From NCBI GenBank assembly GCA_021613535.1, contig CP075497.1, forward strand, positions 12,586,001-12,650,000: a DNA stretch of 64,000 nucleotides, in the 5' to 3' direction. The notes beneath the pieces are model-generated. The model did not search any database. It was not told the origin of the DNA and worked only from the letters and a program-made list of their open reading frames with translations. This DNA is from Adineta vaga (taxonomy: Eukaryota; Animalia; Rotifera). How positions within the stretch are numbered: position 1 is the first letter of the stretch; each line of letters starts with the position of its first letter. Both the position numbers and the translations under genes were made by a program. Below, piece by piece: positions 35,069 through 47,170 of this stretch.

Positions 35069-35152
35069 AGATCGATATTTATATGTAATTAGTTTACAAC
35101 CGTATCCGAAATGGCAAACACCATTCAATGCTTTATATTATTTGGATTGGTA
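35069..35152 (+). pseudogene. Decayed copy of a GPCR exon (source about 33504-33597)
   Basis: gatcgatatttatatgtaattagtt...ccgaaatggc-aacaccatt-aatgcttt...ttggattggta. Confidence 0.8.
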
Positions 35153-35781
35153 TTTGGGCGGATGTGAGGTTGGTTCTTACTGTATCTTCATCCACAGCCA
35201 TTTTCAATAAAACTAAGAAAATTGACATGATTCAACATGCAAAAATAAGCTAGATGAAGCTGGTTAATTTGATAACTTTTCTTTTAAAGCCTAATTCCTA
35301 TTGTGCGTGATAATCATTGAAATATGTCTTTTGAAAAATGCCTACAATAATATAATTAAAGAATTATTATTTTTTTGTATCGACGATTATTCGAATTATG
35401 TTTATCGAATTTTAGATTATGAATGAATCTTGTAATGAAATAAGATCTTTTCTCTTTCTTCGTAAATTATAATTATTTATTATCACATTAAAAATCGAAT
35501 AGAATAGTTAATCCTACTCAAGAAAGAATTTGTTTAATTACAAATGTATTTTAGTTGTTACTCATGATTTAAAGATGGCATTGAAATTCATTGAAGAATA
35601 CGAGAAATTCCTTTCTTAATTTATAGATACATATTAAACATAACATCTAACTGTTTGCAATTATTAACTATAAGTATAAGAAAAATAATCTTCATTGATA
35701 TGACAAATGATGAAACATTGTCGACAAAAAGATATTTTACTCTCTATCATTGACAATTATTCACCATATTCATTCTCTCAC

Positions 35782-35791
35782 GGGGAATTCC
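35782..35791 (+). promoter_or_regulatory. Consensus NF-kB/Rel-type site GGGGAATTCC upstream of the acyltransferase-3 gene
   Basis: Exact match to GGGRNWYYCC, about 235 bp before ATG 36027. Confidence 0.3.
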
Positions 35792-36026
35792 TCTGGATGT
35801 ATCGCTATAATTCCCATGTTAATCGTCAAAATTCATGGGAGAATAATTTGAAAGGTAAAGAAATTTCGATAGAAACGACGAAATGATTAAAATTCAGTCG
35901 AAAATGTCTCTTTGAAGAAAACAAAATGTTCTCGATAAACTTTATTCTTATTCGATTCAAAGGACATTAGGGTCATCATATATACATAATCTGTATGGTA
36001 AATCACATTTATTCTATTTAAGAAAA

Positions 36027-37457
36027 ATGAAAAAGTATTGGCAAATTCAAAATGATTTTCTTTCATTATTTCAACGTGATAATTCCAAAGAAAATTATTT
36101 TCATTGTATTGATGGTATAAGATCAATTGCAAGTCTGTTAATAACATCATTACATATCATTGGAATCTTTACTGCACTCTTATTACCATATCCAGATATT
36201 CAATGGCAACGATATTTACATAGTAATGCATTTGCTTTACTTAATTTAATGAGTTTTGCATTAGAAATCTTTTTTATGTTATCATCATTTTTATTAACTT
36301 ATAAATTAATTTCTGTGTGGAATAAAAACTCATTGAATAATGATAATTTTATATTAAAAGAATATCCATTATTAATAATAAGACGTATCTTAAGATTTTG
36401 GCCTGGATTTCTTTTAGTTAGTTTAATTTTATTAATATTTGGTGAACCATTTTATCCTGGAAGTGGATTTTTCTTTGAATTATTTCGAAATCTCAATCTT
36501 TGGTTGTTTTTTCAAAATTATATTAATATTGATTATTGGTATGCAACATTTGCTCCTCTATGGTCAATTAGTTTAGATATGCAAATACATATTGTATTAC
36601 CATTAATTCTTTATTTATTTTATTTAAATCAAAAAAGAATTTCAATTTTAAAATCTTTATATTTATTATTAATTCTTTCGATTATATTTATTATAATTCA
36701 ATTTAATCCACAAACAATGTCAATCTTATCATTATCATATCAATATTCATCGATAAGAATTTTATCACCACCTTATTTAAATCAATGGTTTGAAAGAAAT
36801 TATAATTTAACAAAATTTTCTTCAATACCTGAAAGTCAATCATTGAAATTATTTATGAGTAATATTTATTTACCATTAGAATGTCGATTTGGAAGTTTTA
36901 TAATTGGTTCAATTTTAGCAATAAAACTTCTTCAAACTTATGAAAAATCTTCTTTAAATACAAAAACAAAATTTCAAATTTTTAAAAAATATTTTTTCAT
37001 TGGATTGATTTTCTTTCATTTATCAACATTAATTCAACCATCACAAATTCCACCGAATCCACCTGATTTTCTAATTAAAATCTTTCTTGGAATATCTCGA
37101 CAATTGTTTACTATTGGTCAAGCTTTCTTATTATTTACAGGTTTATGTCCATCATCACATCCATATCATTCAAAGTGGATTAAATCATTTCTTTCATTTC
37201 ATATATGGATTCCATTATCAAAATTAAGTTATTTAGTTTATCTTATTCATCTTCGATTAGCATTTGAATTAATTTTTCATGGACCATTAACATTTTTAAA
37301 ATCCTATTCAATAACATATGCAACACTTATTAGTTTACCGATTGTTATTCTTCTTAGTCAAGTCATTTCAATTATTTGGTATCTTTTTATTGAAAAACCA
37401 ATTGAACGTTTTATTAATTATCAATTCACTAAAATTCAATCAACAAAAAACATTTGA
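36027..37457 (+). CDS. Acyltransferase-3 (OafA/Nrf-6-like) multipass membrane protein, intronless, no NRF domain
   Basis: IDGIRSIA, FFMLSSFL, RRILRFWP, WSISLDMQ, SKLSYLVYLIH, YLFIEKP. Confidence 0.9.
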   Translation: MKKYWQIQNDFLSLFQRDNSKENYFHCIDGIRSIASLLITSLHIIGIFTALLLPYPDIQWQRYLHSNAFALLNLMSFALEIFFMLSSFLLTYKLISVWNKNSLNNDNFILKEYPLLIIRRILRFWPGFLLVSLILLIFGEPFYPGSGFFFELFRNLNLWLFFQNYINIDYWYATFAPLWSISLDMQIHIVLPLILYLFYLNQKRISILKSLYLLLILSIIFIIIQFNPQTMSILSLSYQYSSIRILSPPYLNQWFERNYNLTKFSSIPESQSLKLFMSNIYLPLECRFGSFIIGSILAIKLLQTYEKSSLNTKTKFQIFKKYFFIGLIFFHLSTLIQPSQIPPNPPDFLIKIFLGISRQLFTIGQAFLLFTGLCPSSHPYHSKWIKSFLSFHIWIPLSKLSYLVYLIHLRLAFELIFHGPLTFLKSYSITYATLISLPIVILLSQVISIIWYLFIEKPIERFINYQFTKIQSTKNI

Positions 37458-37712
37458 AAAACAAATTTCGATCAATTATACACCCTTTTTTGAATTTATA
37501 AAGATTACTATTGAATAAAACATATTTTCCGAAGCGATTTTTAAAAAAATATTGTTCAATTAACGAGCTGTTTAGTAATCATGAGATATCAAAGCAAGTA
37601 TTTCAAATCATTCTAACGAATTTTCAATCAATTAAACGAGTCAAAATTTTATCGTTAACTGAAATCATTTCGAATTTCTTTGAGGTTTTTTTTTAAATAA
37701 AGAAAAACAAAG

Positions 37713-39255
37713 TTATATAAAAAGATTTTCATTTCGAAATTCTTCTTGTTGATTAATACTCATAAGTGAAGGTATTGAGAATGAATGTCTATTCAATTGA
37801 GAATACGATGGAATATCTTCATAAGATTTTGAATTAAATATTTGTTCAATTACTATTGATGAATTATCTTTTGTATCGAATGAACATTTATTTTGAATAA
37901 AATTCAAATGTTGTTCATGATTGGAATAGTGAGAAGGTAAGGGTGGTAATGTTCCTTGAGGTAATTTTAACATATTAGCTTTTTTTTCAAATAAATAAAC
38001 AAGAATTCGATCGATTTCATTTAATGTTAATTGTCTTCCATCAGCTAAAAGACATAATAACATTGATAAAGGATATTTATTATCAATTGTTAATCGACAA
38101 TTCATTTGTTGATTTTTATAACGAAAATAATCATCCAAGATAATTTTATAAGCATCTTCTAATCGTAAATTTCGATGTTCTAAAAAAAGACAAAGACTAA
38201 AGATCATTGAAAATTTCCGAATAAATCAATTTATAAAACCTTGTCTATCTCCGTGAAGAATTTGAAAAGAAGCGAGATGTTTATCTTCATGCATTGGCAT
38301 AAGAATAATTCCATAAAGATATTTCTCTTGAATAGCATTCGCAATAGCTTTATTTAATGAATAATTTTCTCGAATAAGAATAACTGATGTTGTTAAACCT
38401 TGATTACGAAGATAATTTGAAATTTCTTCACTGTAATTTCTAAAAAACAGAAAAGAAAAGAAATATTTTTTTAGAAAAATTTCTTCAAACTTTTGTCGAT
38501 GATTAACAAGAATAATTTGACAATCAGTACATTCTTTTAAAGTATTTGATTCAATTAATATTGTATAAGGAGATTTATCTTGATTTGAATTCATTCTATA
38601 TTCTATTTCCAAATCATTTTCATCTCTAGAACAAATTCTCTTTTTTTGATGATCATATTCGGATGATAAACGTTTTCGTGATGAATTTCTATTTGTTAAA
38701 GATTCTTCGGAATTCAATGAACAAAACTTGTTTTCTTCCATTGCAGGTAAAACATCTATAAAAGAAAACAAATGAAGAAATCGATTTGAATTTATGTTTA
38801 GTTTATCTAACCAAGTTGATTTCCTTTAAGAATTAAAGATTTTTGACCTTGTTCAATTAAATTCTTTGCATCATGAATATTTTCATATTGAACAAATAAA
38901 TAATTTTGATAAACTCGAATATCTTGAAAGAAAAAATATGTATTTTGAGAAGAAAAAAATCCTTTTCTATTTTACCTGAAAGTTTTCCAAATTGTTTAAA
39001 AAATTCAACTAATTCTCGATCAGTTAATTGATCTGTTTGAATATTTCCAATATAAACTTTTCTATCAAGATTTGATCTAAATCAATCTTTAGAAGATTTT
39101 TATGGAAAATAAATGAAAACATACGTTTGTTGAATACGATAATCATCAGATGATTTCGATCCTTTTCGGTTATAATCTTCATATTCGTTATTATTTATTG
39201 AAGATTGTATTTGTGAAGTTGATCGTTGAGAATAATTTCGATAAATATCAGACAT
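37713..39255 (-). CDS. NCOA5-like protein (RRM plus anticodon-binding-like domain)
   Basis: KVYIGNI and YLFVQY RRM motifs; DCQIILVN...YSEEI, YGIILMPMHE...ILHGDRQEHRNLRLEDA; ATG at 39255. Confidence 0.8.
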
Positions 39256-39690
39256 TTAAAATATCTTTTAGTCTTTAGAAGAAATGGAAAGACGAATCTA
39301 TGTTTGAAACGTTTATCTTTCCTTCTCTCAAATGCATAGATATGTTAAATATCTGACCTGGAAAATGTGCATCACGTATTCATACAGAAAAATATGAATA
39401 TCCACATTAGATTGATCGTGAATGTAGAATTAGTTTAAGTTCGTTTAAAAAAAAGAATTAAGAATGCAACTATCAATACCAAATGATATGAAAATCGATT
39501 ATTTAAACGTGAATCTTTATAGAAATAACCTTGAATTGCGATTTTTATGTGAGCAATGAATAATAATATCCAATAATATAGGTACACCGTTTGAAATACA
39601 ATCATTGGTTTAGCAATGAAAATGTTCATTGATGTGTGACGAACATTATTCGTTAAGAAGAAAAAAAATACATTCGTTTTATTCGATACA

Positions 39691-41180
39691 ATGCCTTCAA
39701 AAAAGAAACGCGATGTTCCATTTGATGGTGAAGATATAACTCCAACAAAAGATGGATGTAATATTCGTATTTTTTCTATATAAAAAAATGATTTCATTTT
39801 TCTTTTGAATAGGTTTATATAAACAAATTGTTCGAGAAAATTCTGAAGGTGAAAAACCTTGGTTTGATGATAAAGTAACAATTCATTATACGGGAAGTCT
39901 TATTGATGGAACAATATTTAAAGATAGTCGAGAAAATGGCGAACCAATTAGTTTTAATTTAGGAAGAGGTGAAGTTATTAAAGCATGGGATATAGCTGTT
40001 GAAACAATGAAATGTGGTGAAATTTCGAAATTCTTTTCCAAACCAAAATATGCTTATGGATTAAAAGGTTTACCGGGAAAAGTTGAACCAGCAACAAATG
40101 TAATCTTTGAAATTGAATTAATTAGTTGTATGGGTAAGATTTAAGAATATATTCTTTTATTAAATTAAATTTCTTTTTTTAAGGAAAAGATATAAGTGAA
40201 GAAAGAGATGAAAGTATTCTTCGAAGAATAATTAAACGAGGTGATGGTTATGAACCAACTAATGAAGATTCAATTGTTGAAGTTGATCTTAAAGGAATTT
40301 ATCAAGATAAAATATTTGATGAACGAACAGTTACTTTTATTGCTGGAGCAGGAATTGTAGAAAATATTCCTTCAGCGTAAGATTCATTTGTTCTTATCGT
40401 TTATTAGAATGATTCATTATTTTTATTTAGCGTTGAACGTACGTTATTTCGTATGATAAAAGGTGAACATAGTCGAATTTATTTAAAAAATAAAGCTGTT
40501 GAAGATTTGAAACGATTTGATATTCCATCTGATGCATCAGTTCAATATGATATTAAATTAATTAAATTAGAAAGAGTAAGAAGAATTTATATGAATTTCA
40601 GAAGATTATTTATTGATTTTTTAGGCAAAAGAAGAACGCGCATTAAGTGATGATCAAAAACTTGAACAATCAGAAATATTAAAAACACGTGCTGATGAAT
40701 TTGTTAAAGTATTGATTTCAATCGATAAAAATTGAATAAAAAAATTTCTTCCTTTTCTAGGGTGGTTTTTATGAACTTGCTGTGAGCAGATATCGAACTG
40801 TTTTTCATTATTTATTAAATGCAACATTAATTAGTGAAAAGGATCGACAAAGATCATGGGAATTGAAATTTGCATCACAATCAAATTTAGCTTTATGTTA
40901 TTTAAAATTGGGAAATTATTCTGAATGTAAAAGATCATGTGAAACAGCATTAGCACATGATAAAAGACATGAAAAATCACATTTTCGTCTTGGACAATGT
41001 CGATTAGCAACAAGAAATTATGATTTAGCAATTAAAGATTTTGAAACTGTTTTAGAAATTAATCCATCAAATGAACAAGCAAAACAATTAATTAATGAAT
41101 GTCATAGAAAAATCAAAGAACATGAAATTGATGAAAAAGAATTATATTCATCTTTTTTCAAGAAAACTAATAAGAAATAA
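39691..41180 (+). CDS. FKBP4/FKBP5-like immunophilin (two FKBP domains plus TPR)
   Basis: GEDITPTKDG, VTIHYTGSLIDGT, LGRGEVIKAWDIAVETMK, YAYG, NLALCYLKL, KSHFRLGQC, DFETVLEINPSN. Confidence 0.92.
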
Positions 41181-42017
41181 CTTTTTCATTTTTTTAATAA
41201 AATACTTTTTAAATTCAAGTATAGATGTTTATTATTGAAATTATATTGGATAATTTTAATACCAAATAAATAACGAATACATTTGTTTCTTTTTCAACAG
41301 AACAGAAAACGATTTAACAAATTCGAAAGGATTTTCTTTCATTATTCAATCGACATAATAATTTTCAATTGAAATTCTATTTTCTTTTATCGTATTTTTT
41401 ATTAATATTTAAATTTATTCCAAAATGAAATAAATCATTTCCATCATTGAAGAATTCTATAAAAGATCAATATATTACATCAATAAATCAAAGAATATGA
41501 AGATTTTACCCTGGATTTCTTTTAATAACTTTAATTTGCTTAATATTTGAATTATTTCGCTATTTACATGTTTATTTATTTTTTTCAAAATTACTATCAT
41601 TCAGAATATTGGTTTGTAACATTTTCTCCTTTACGATCAACAAGTTTAGATTTTTTTTCTTTAATTATGCGAGTTTTTATTTGTAGTTCCGCTCGGAAGC
41701 GCTGACAACAAAATTAAAAAGCTATAAGCTACAAGGTTCAGCAGGAGTTAAAGCAAAACTGATCGTATCATCAGGAGCTAGCATATAGTTCCATGATGAT
41801 ACATCATAACGACCTTATTACTATAATCCTTATGTGTTCGATACGTTGTATATCGGCATGCATATTTGTAAAAAAGAGAGCCAGATAAGAAAAGAGAAGA
41901 AAACTGAAAGTAAAAAGAAAGAGATAAGAAAAAGAGACTAAAGTTTAAGAGAGAACTATAAGCAGCCACAGTACATGCATTCATTTATTTCTCAAAAAAT
42001 TCATTGTTAGTTCATCT

Positions 42018-42532
42018 CAGGGGCGGCGGAACGTTTCAAAATGAGGTGAGGCTCATTGAAATATTTCTAATAGTAAAGATAAAAACGTTATATATTGATA
42101 CATATATTACTTTTACATATTACTGCATAAAGTTCAGGCAATGCTTGTTTCAAACCGTTCGAATAATCTTAACATGAACGTGACACTCATAACCAAAACA
42201 TAGCCACATTTCATTTCATTCCATATGAACGCATGATAAGATGATTGGTCCATCACATACACCACATTCACTAAATAAAATAAAAGATGTCACTGAAAAT
42301 CATGATAATATCGATACTATACTTCTTTACGATCTCCGCTTTTTATTATTCTTTAACTTAGTAGATAAAAAACTAAATATCGTATCGATTTCTATATCAA
42401 CATACGTTTTTCGAGATAAATATTTAAAAATATATTGAGCTTTAAAACTATAATTCAGGTGAGGCTGAGCCTACAGGATTCAATTTCAGGTGAGGCTGAA
42501 GCCTTTTTAGCCTACACGCTCCGCCGCCTATG
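42018..42532. mobile_element. hAT-type MITE with perfect 8-bp target-site duplication
   Basis: TIRs CAGGGGCGGCGGAACG / CGCTCCGCCGCCTATG; TSD GTTCATCT at 42010-42017 and 42533-42540; subterminal ggtgaggct repeats. Confidence 0.95.
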
Positions 42533-42904
42533 GTTCATCTAATCCATGGTGTATTTAGTTATCATCTGATTCACTTTGTGTTCGTTTGTTATTATCTTTG
42601 ACTGTAATTATATAAGGACCGTTGGCTCCTTGTGTTCCAACAGGTAGATTTCTTTTAACAAGTTTAGATATGCAAACTCATCGTCTTTTACCATTAACAT
42701 ATAGTGCAAAAGTCTTTGTACAAATACTCGACTTTATTACACCACATTACCAACTTCTAAGCTAACCATTTTTTTTGTTGTGGGGTGGATGTGGGTGGGT
42801 GGGTGAGGATAATGTTTCATATGTGATGTAAACACGCACACTCTCACCCATACCCTTTTTGCTTTTAAAATCGATATAATTTGGAACGATCAAATGTTGA
42901 CATT

Positions 42905-44354
42905 GCGTTGTTTGGACGTAAACTGTGATAAAACGGTAATTTTAAGGCCGTAATAGGGCCATTTTGCCCTGTAATCACGGACGCAGTATTACGGCCTCGT
43001 AAACGGACTGTATTCTCCTTCAAAACGGACCGTATTGTTCGACGCGGGTCAAATGACTCCGATTTGAATAGCTCCAACGTTAAATGTTGTTGAAATAAAT
43101 CAGAAAACGTGTTAAAAAGAACATTTGATAAGATATCTAGCTGTTCAGCGTCTAATGATTCGATAATTTGCTTAATTCTTTTGTTCGACAAAAATTCTTC
43201 TACGTCTTTTTCAATTAATGATCAGCTTAACATTATAATAAAAAGTAATAAATATAATTCACTTTCCAGATCCACCAATCCCATACTCGGATCCGGTTGG
43301 AAAGTATAGGTTTTACCGGATCCTGTGGGCTCCTATAGGATTTTATCGAGTTCCTGGTGACGGGATCGCGTTGAAATCCGTCGGATCCTAGTACAGTAAC
43401 CCATGATTTCCACCATACTCCGACAAAATCCAACTATTTCTGACATAAATCTTAAAATGAATATTATAAACAGCCAAAAAGACGAACTAGATGAACGTGG
43501 AACACTATATTCAAACTGTTTGGCGCTATTTATGAATATATATTACCTAACTCCCAGTGAAACTCATATTTTTGAACCGTTCACATTTTAAGCAGACCGC
43601 ATTTTTCTTATTTCATACCTCATAACTCCATCATAAAGTATCATCCGCAAAAGTCTACGGCATCCACCATCTTGACAACCACAGCGACGGCAACAGCGAG
43701 CGTTCTTCAAAAACCTACACATAACACAACAACAGATATCCTCCATTGTCGTCTTCTATAACTACGAATTTCCACCGAAAACATTTACTTAGCTAATATA
43801 AATGCCAGCTTCGGGCTTTCGCCCAAGCAACACTACCTACCGATGTGCAAATACTGTTTATGAAACTAATTAACACTGGCAGGCATCCCCAACACTTCAG
43901 AAAGACATAGCCAATCGAAATGCGAACATCAACTCACATTTCACCTATATCTTCCGAAGAATGTTTAGTTTTCACCGAAACACTCCACTAGTTCTCCATA
44001 AAATAACTTTGACATTGGCTTACTTCCTATATTTCATCTCATACGATTCTGACAGCCACAAAAATAACTCACATTTCACACATCCCGTCCTTGAGCCACT
44101 ATATAATCAACATAATCAGCACTCCATCCTAAACAAGTCCAAACGAATCATACTCTAATCGAGCACATACGAAATATAAGTAAAGGATTTTTAATCCGAG
44201 AAAAATGCAAAGAAATTAGGTATTTGCAGATTATTTTTAATTCATCATCGGATATTATTGAAAGTGTATTGCAATCCGATAGACGGATTCCTATTCAATT
44301 CCGTCATCAGGAATCATACAGGGTTCTGTCGGATTATCAGATTGGTTGACCTGG
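42905..44354. mobile_element. Nest of decayed repeats: CCCAGG-family fragments surrounding a C/A-rich decayed coding-like segment
   Basis: acgg/ccgt-rich block ending gttcgacgcggg (about 43048); ggat/atcc-rich blocks at 43275-43440 and 44180-44354 ending ttgacctggg. Confidence 0.5.
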
Positions 44355-44569
44355 GTTTTTCTGTTTAAAAACAGGAAAGGAAAACGCCTGAATGGTAAAA
44401 GCAATCACCGTCCGCCAGAAACATCTGTTGATGCTTTCAACGGTAGATACATTTTCTATAAACTCATAGGAAGTAATAAACTACTACATCTATGGTTTTA
44501 CTATGGTACGCTATCGTTCTTTTGTTTCAGACAATCTCATTCATGATCTGTTTTATTGATTTTTTCTTC

Positions 44570-45570
44570 GTTTTAGACAACAATTTACAATCGAAGGTCT
44601 AGTGCATGAATGTTGTTATTCTATTCGATATTAATTCAATTAAAATTTCCTAGGATGAGTTTTTCTTATTTATCATATGATTGATTTTGAATTCTTCCAA
44701 AAAGAACGAATTTCATCTATTTCCGTGTCGTTTTTTACTGAAAAAATAATTGAAATTATGAAAAAATCTTGATTGATGTGGATGTTTTCTCTATTATAAT
44801 CATAAGAAATATTTTTAACTAATTACTTGGAATAATTTCTTTTTCTCTAAGGACGAAAATAAGTAGACAAAAACGTTTTCTTGATAAAGAATTCTTTTCC
44901 AAATTATCGTCAGTATTTCTTCTTAAATTTTCTTCTGAACTAAAATGAAGCAAACTAACGAAATCTTCCAAAAACAAAATATTAAAATAAAAAACAAGCT
45001 TTTTTTTCTCGATTATTTGTTGAAATTTCCGTTGCAAGTCAAACATCTATCGAAGAAGATGAATAAATCGATATAATTTATATTTCTTTATTCACCAAGT
45101 TGATTTCCTTTGAGAAGAATTTAGGACAATCGCTCGCAGGACATTTGCTCGTTATGACGTTTGATCACAATTGCGATAATCGTTCAATTGTAATTGATAG
45201 AAGTCAGAACAAAAGTAACACAATTAGTTAAGCTGTGTGTATAGACGATTGATGATCATTATCATTGAGGGGTGTGGGTGAAGAAAAAAGTGTTAACCCC
45301 ACTAAGCCACATCCACACCCTCAAGATTAACTAAAACACAGTGAGCATTTAATATCTATGCAGCTTTTTCTTGTTCACATAGTATTTATTATTAATAAAA
45401 ACATCTTTCAGCGAGCAACGTTCCGACGAGCAAATGTCGGTTTCCCAATTTTTATAAACTCGAATATCTTTTAGTTAAAAACTGAATCTATTCGAAGAAA
45501 AATCTTTTCTTATTTTCTCTGTAGGTTTTCCAAATGATTCAAAGAATTTTAATCTTTCTCCATCAGGTAA
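44570..45570 (-). pseudogene. Decayed partial copy of the NCOA5-like gene, with inserted MITEs
   Basis: accaagttgatttccttt (45094-45111 = 38810-38827), ataaactcgaatatctt (45454-45470 = 38909-38925), aaacatctat and gttttccaaat in collinear order. Confidence 0.7.
45125..45447. mobile_element. MITE with gacatttgctcg / cgagcaaatgtc inverted repeats, containing a telomere-like hairpin (45266-45325)
   Basis: Inverted pair at about 45141 and 45427; interrupts the NCOA5 echo exon. Confidence 0.6.
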
Positions 45571-45617
45571 AAAAACAAAAAGAAATGGGTTCTTTTTTAT
45601 TCTCAAAATTCATTCAA

Positions 45618-46290
45618 ATGATTTGGCAAATTCGAAAAAAATTTTTCTCATTAATTCATCGAAAATTCGAATGAACTCATTTCAATTCTATTGATGGATT
45701 AAGATCAATATCAAGTTTAATAATTCTATTCTTTCATATAATTGCTATCTCTATATCCTGACGAACAATGGAAAAATTTTCTCGGAAGTTTTTCGTTTCC
45801 TTTTATGAACTTAATATCATTTTCTATTGAAATCTTTTTTTCTTTTATCATCTTTTCTTTTAAATTATAAATTAATTTTTAAATCGAATAGATCATTTCC
45901 ATCATTTGATAAATTTATTAAAAATGACTATTTACCATCAATGCATCGACGTTTATGGATATTTTTGGCCTGGAATATGCTTAGTAACATTAAATTTATT
46001 TCTATTTGGTGAACCATCTTATCCAACAAAGTGGATTTATTTTTGAATTATTTCCTTATTTAAATGTGTTTTTTTCTTCTTTCAAAATTATTATGATTTA
46101 GAATATAGGTTTGTTACATTTTCTCCCTTATGGTCAATCAGTTTAGATATGCAAATAGATTTGATATTATTTCGATTCAATCCAATAAAAATACCAATCT
46201 TATCGATAATATATCGTTATCCATCATTATCATTATTATCACCAAATCATTTAATTGATTATTATTTTGTTCATCTGAACTTTTATTACA
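45618..46290 (+). pseudogene. Decayed partial copy of the acyltransferase-3 gene
   Basis: ttggcaaattc, tattgatggattaagatcaat, ttttggcctgga, tttggtgaaccat, tggtcaatcagtttagatatgcaaata collinear with 36035-36790; stops and frameshifts. Confidence 0.88.
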
Positions 46291-46538
46291 TTGCTAATTT
46301 TCTATTCGTTCTCTTTGTCAACTGTATTGCAAGATATCGACCGATATTTCATTCATCTAACGAAAGATTATAAGACAAATTCGAAAAAACATTTTGATGT
46401 TATAATGAGATCTTTATTGGATAAATTTGATAGAACTCTATTTGACAATGAGATTTTCCAAAGAACATTTTACACAAAAACAACAAACAAGAACTACATT
46501 AACAAAAAAACGATGATCAGTCATTCAGAATATTTGAT

Positions 46539-47170
46539 TTAATTTCCATTTGTTGAGGCGGGAACATATTTTTGTCCATTATGAGCATGACCGTTGTTAA
46601 TATAACGATCGTAAGCTGAATATCGACCGGCAATGAAAGCTGCGATAGGTAAAGCAGCATAACCAAAGACAATTCCAGCCATCATACAACGGGATGAATG
46701 AGAATTCATTCGTTGCCATGAGCCATAATCAAAAAGACCAGCTGTCATCATAACAACAGCAACAAAATATAACATTGGAATAAAGAATCGTCGATCACTT
46801 GTTTGAAACATTTCCCACATAGAAAATATTCCACCAACTAATAAAAATATCATTCCCATTAAACATAAAATAAATGTTGTACGCCAAAACATTGTCATAC
46901 ATGGGCCTTCACCTGACATGCATCGATAAAATAAACCCTTAAAATTAAAATGAAGATCGTCAGACGGATGTTTCTATCGTAAGAAATCAATAACTTACAT
47001 TCCATTGCATTGTACCATTTTGATTTTCAGTCATTACCATACGTGATCCAAAATCAGTTTCCATGGTCCAATAATTGGTAGCTAATGCCACAACACCAAG
47101 TACAACACCAATGAATGCAAAAATACCAGCAATCATTGTCATACGACGAAAAAATGGATCCAAAGTCATG
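46539..47170 (-). CDS. Claudin/PMP22/clarin-like tetraspan protein, 2 exons
   Basis: TM1 followed by ALATNYW, W-N-GLFYRC motif across the intron, four hydrophobic segments. Confidence 0.8.

Noticed and set aside
41690-42770. Minus-strand coding-like fragments flanking the hAT MITE
   Set aside because: Frameshifted and unidentifiable; cannot support a call.
42865-43433. 108-, 66- and 66-aa ORFs
   Set aside because: They span repeat fragments; no protein family signal.
44285-44315. Hammerhead ribozyme core (CTGATGA plus stem on the minus strand; also CTGANGA near 6234, 49978 and 58141)
   Set aside because: No GAAA after stem II and no closing stems found by eye.
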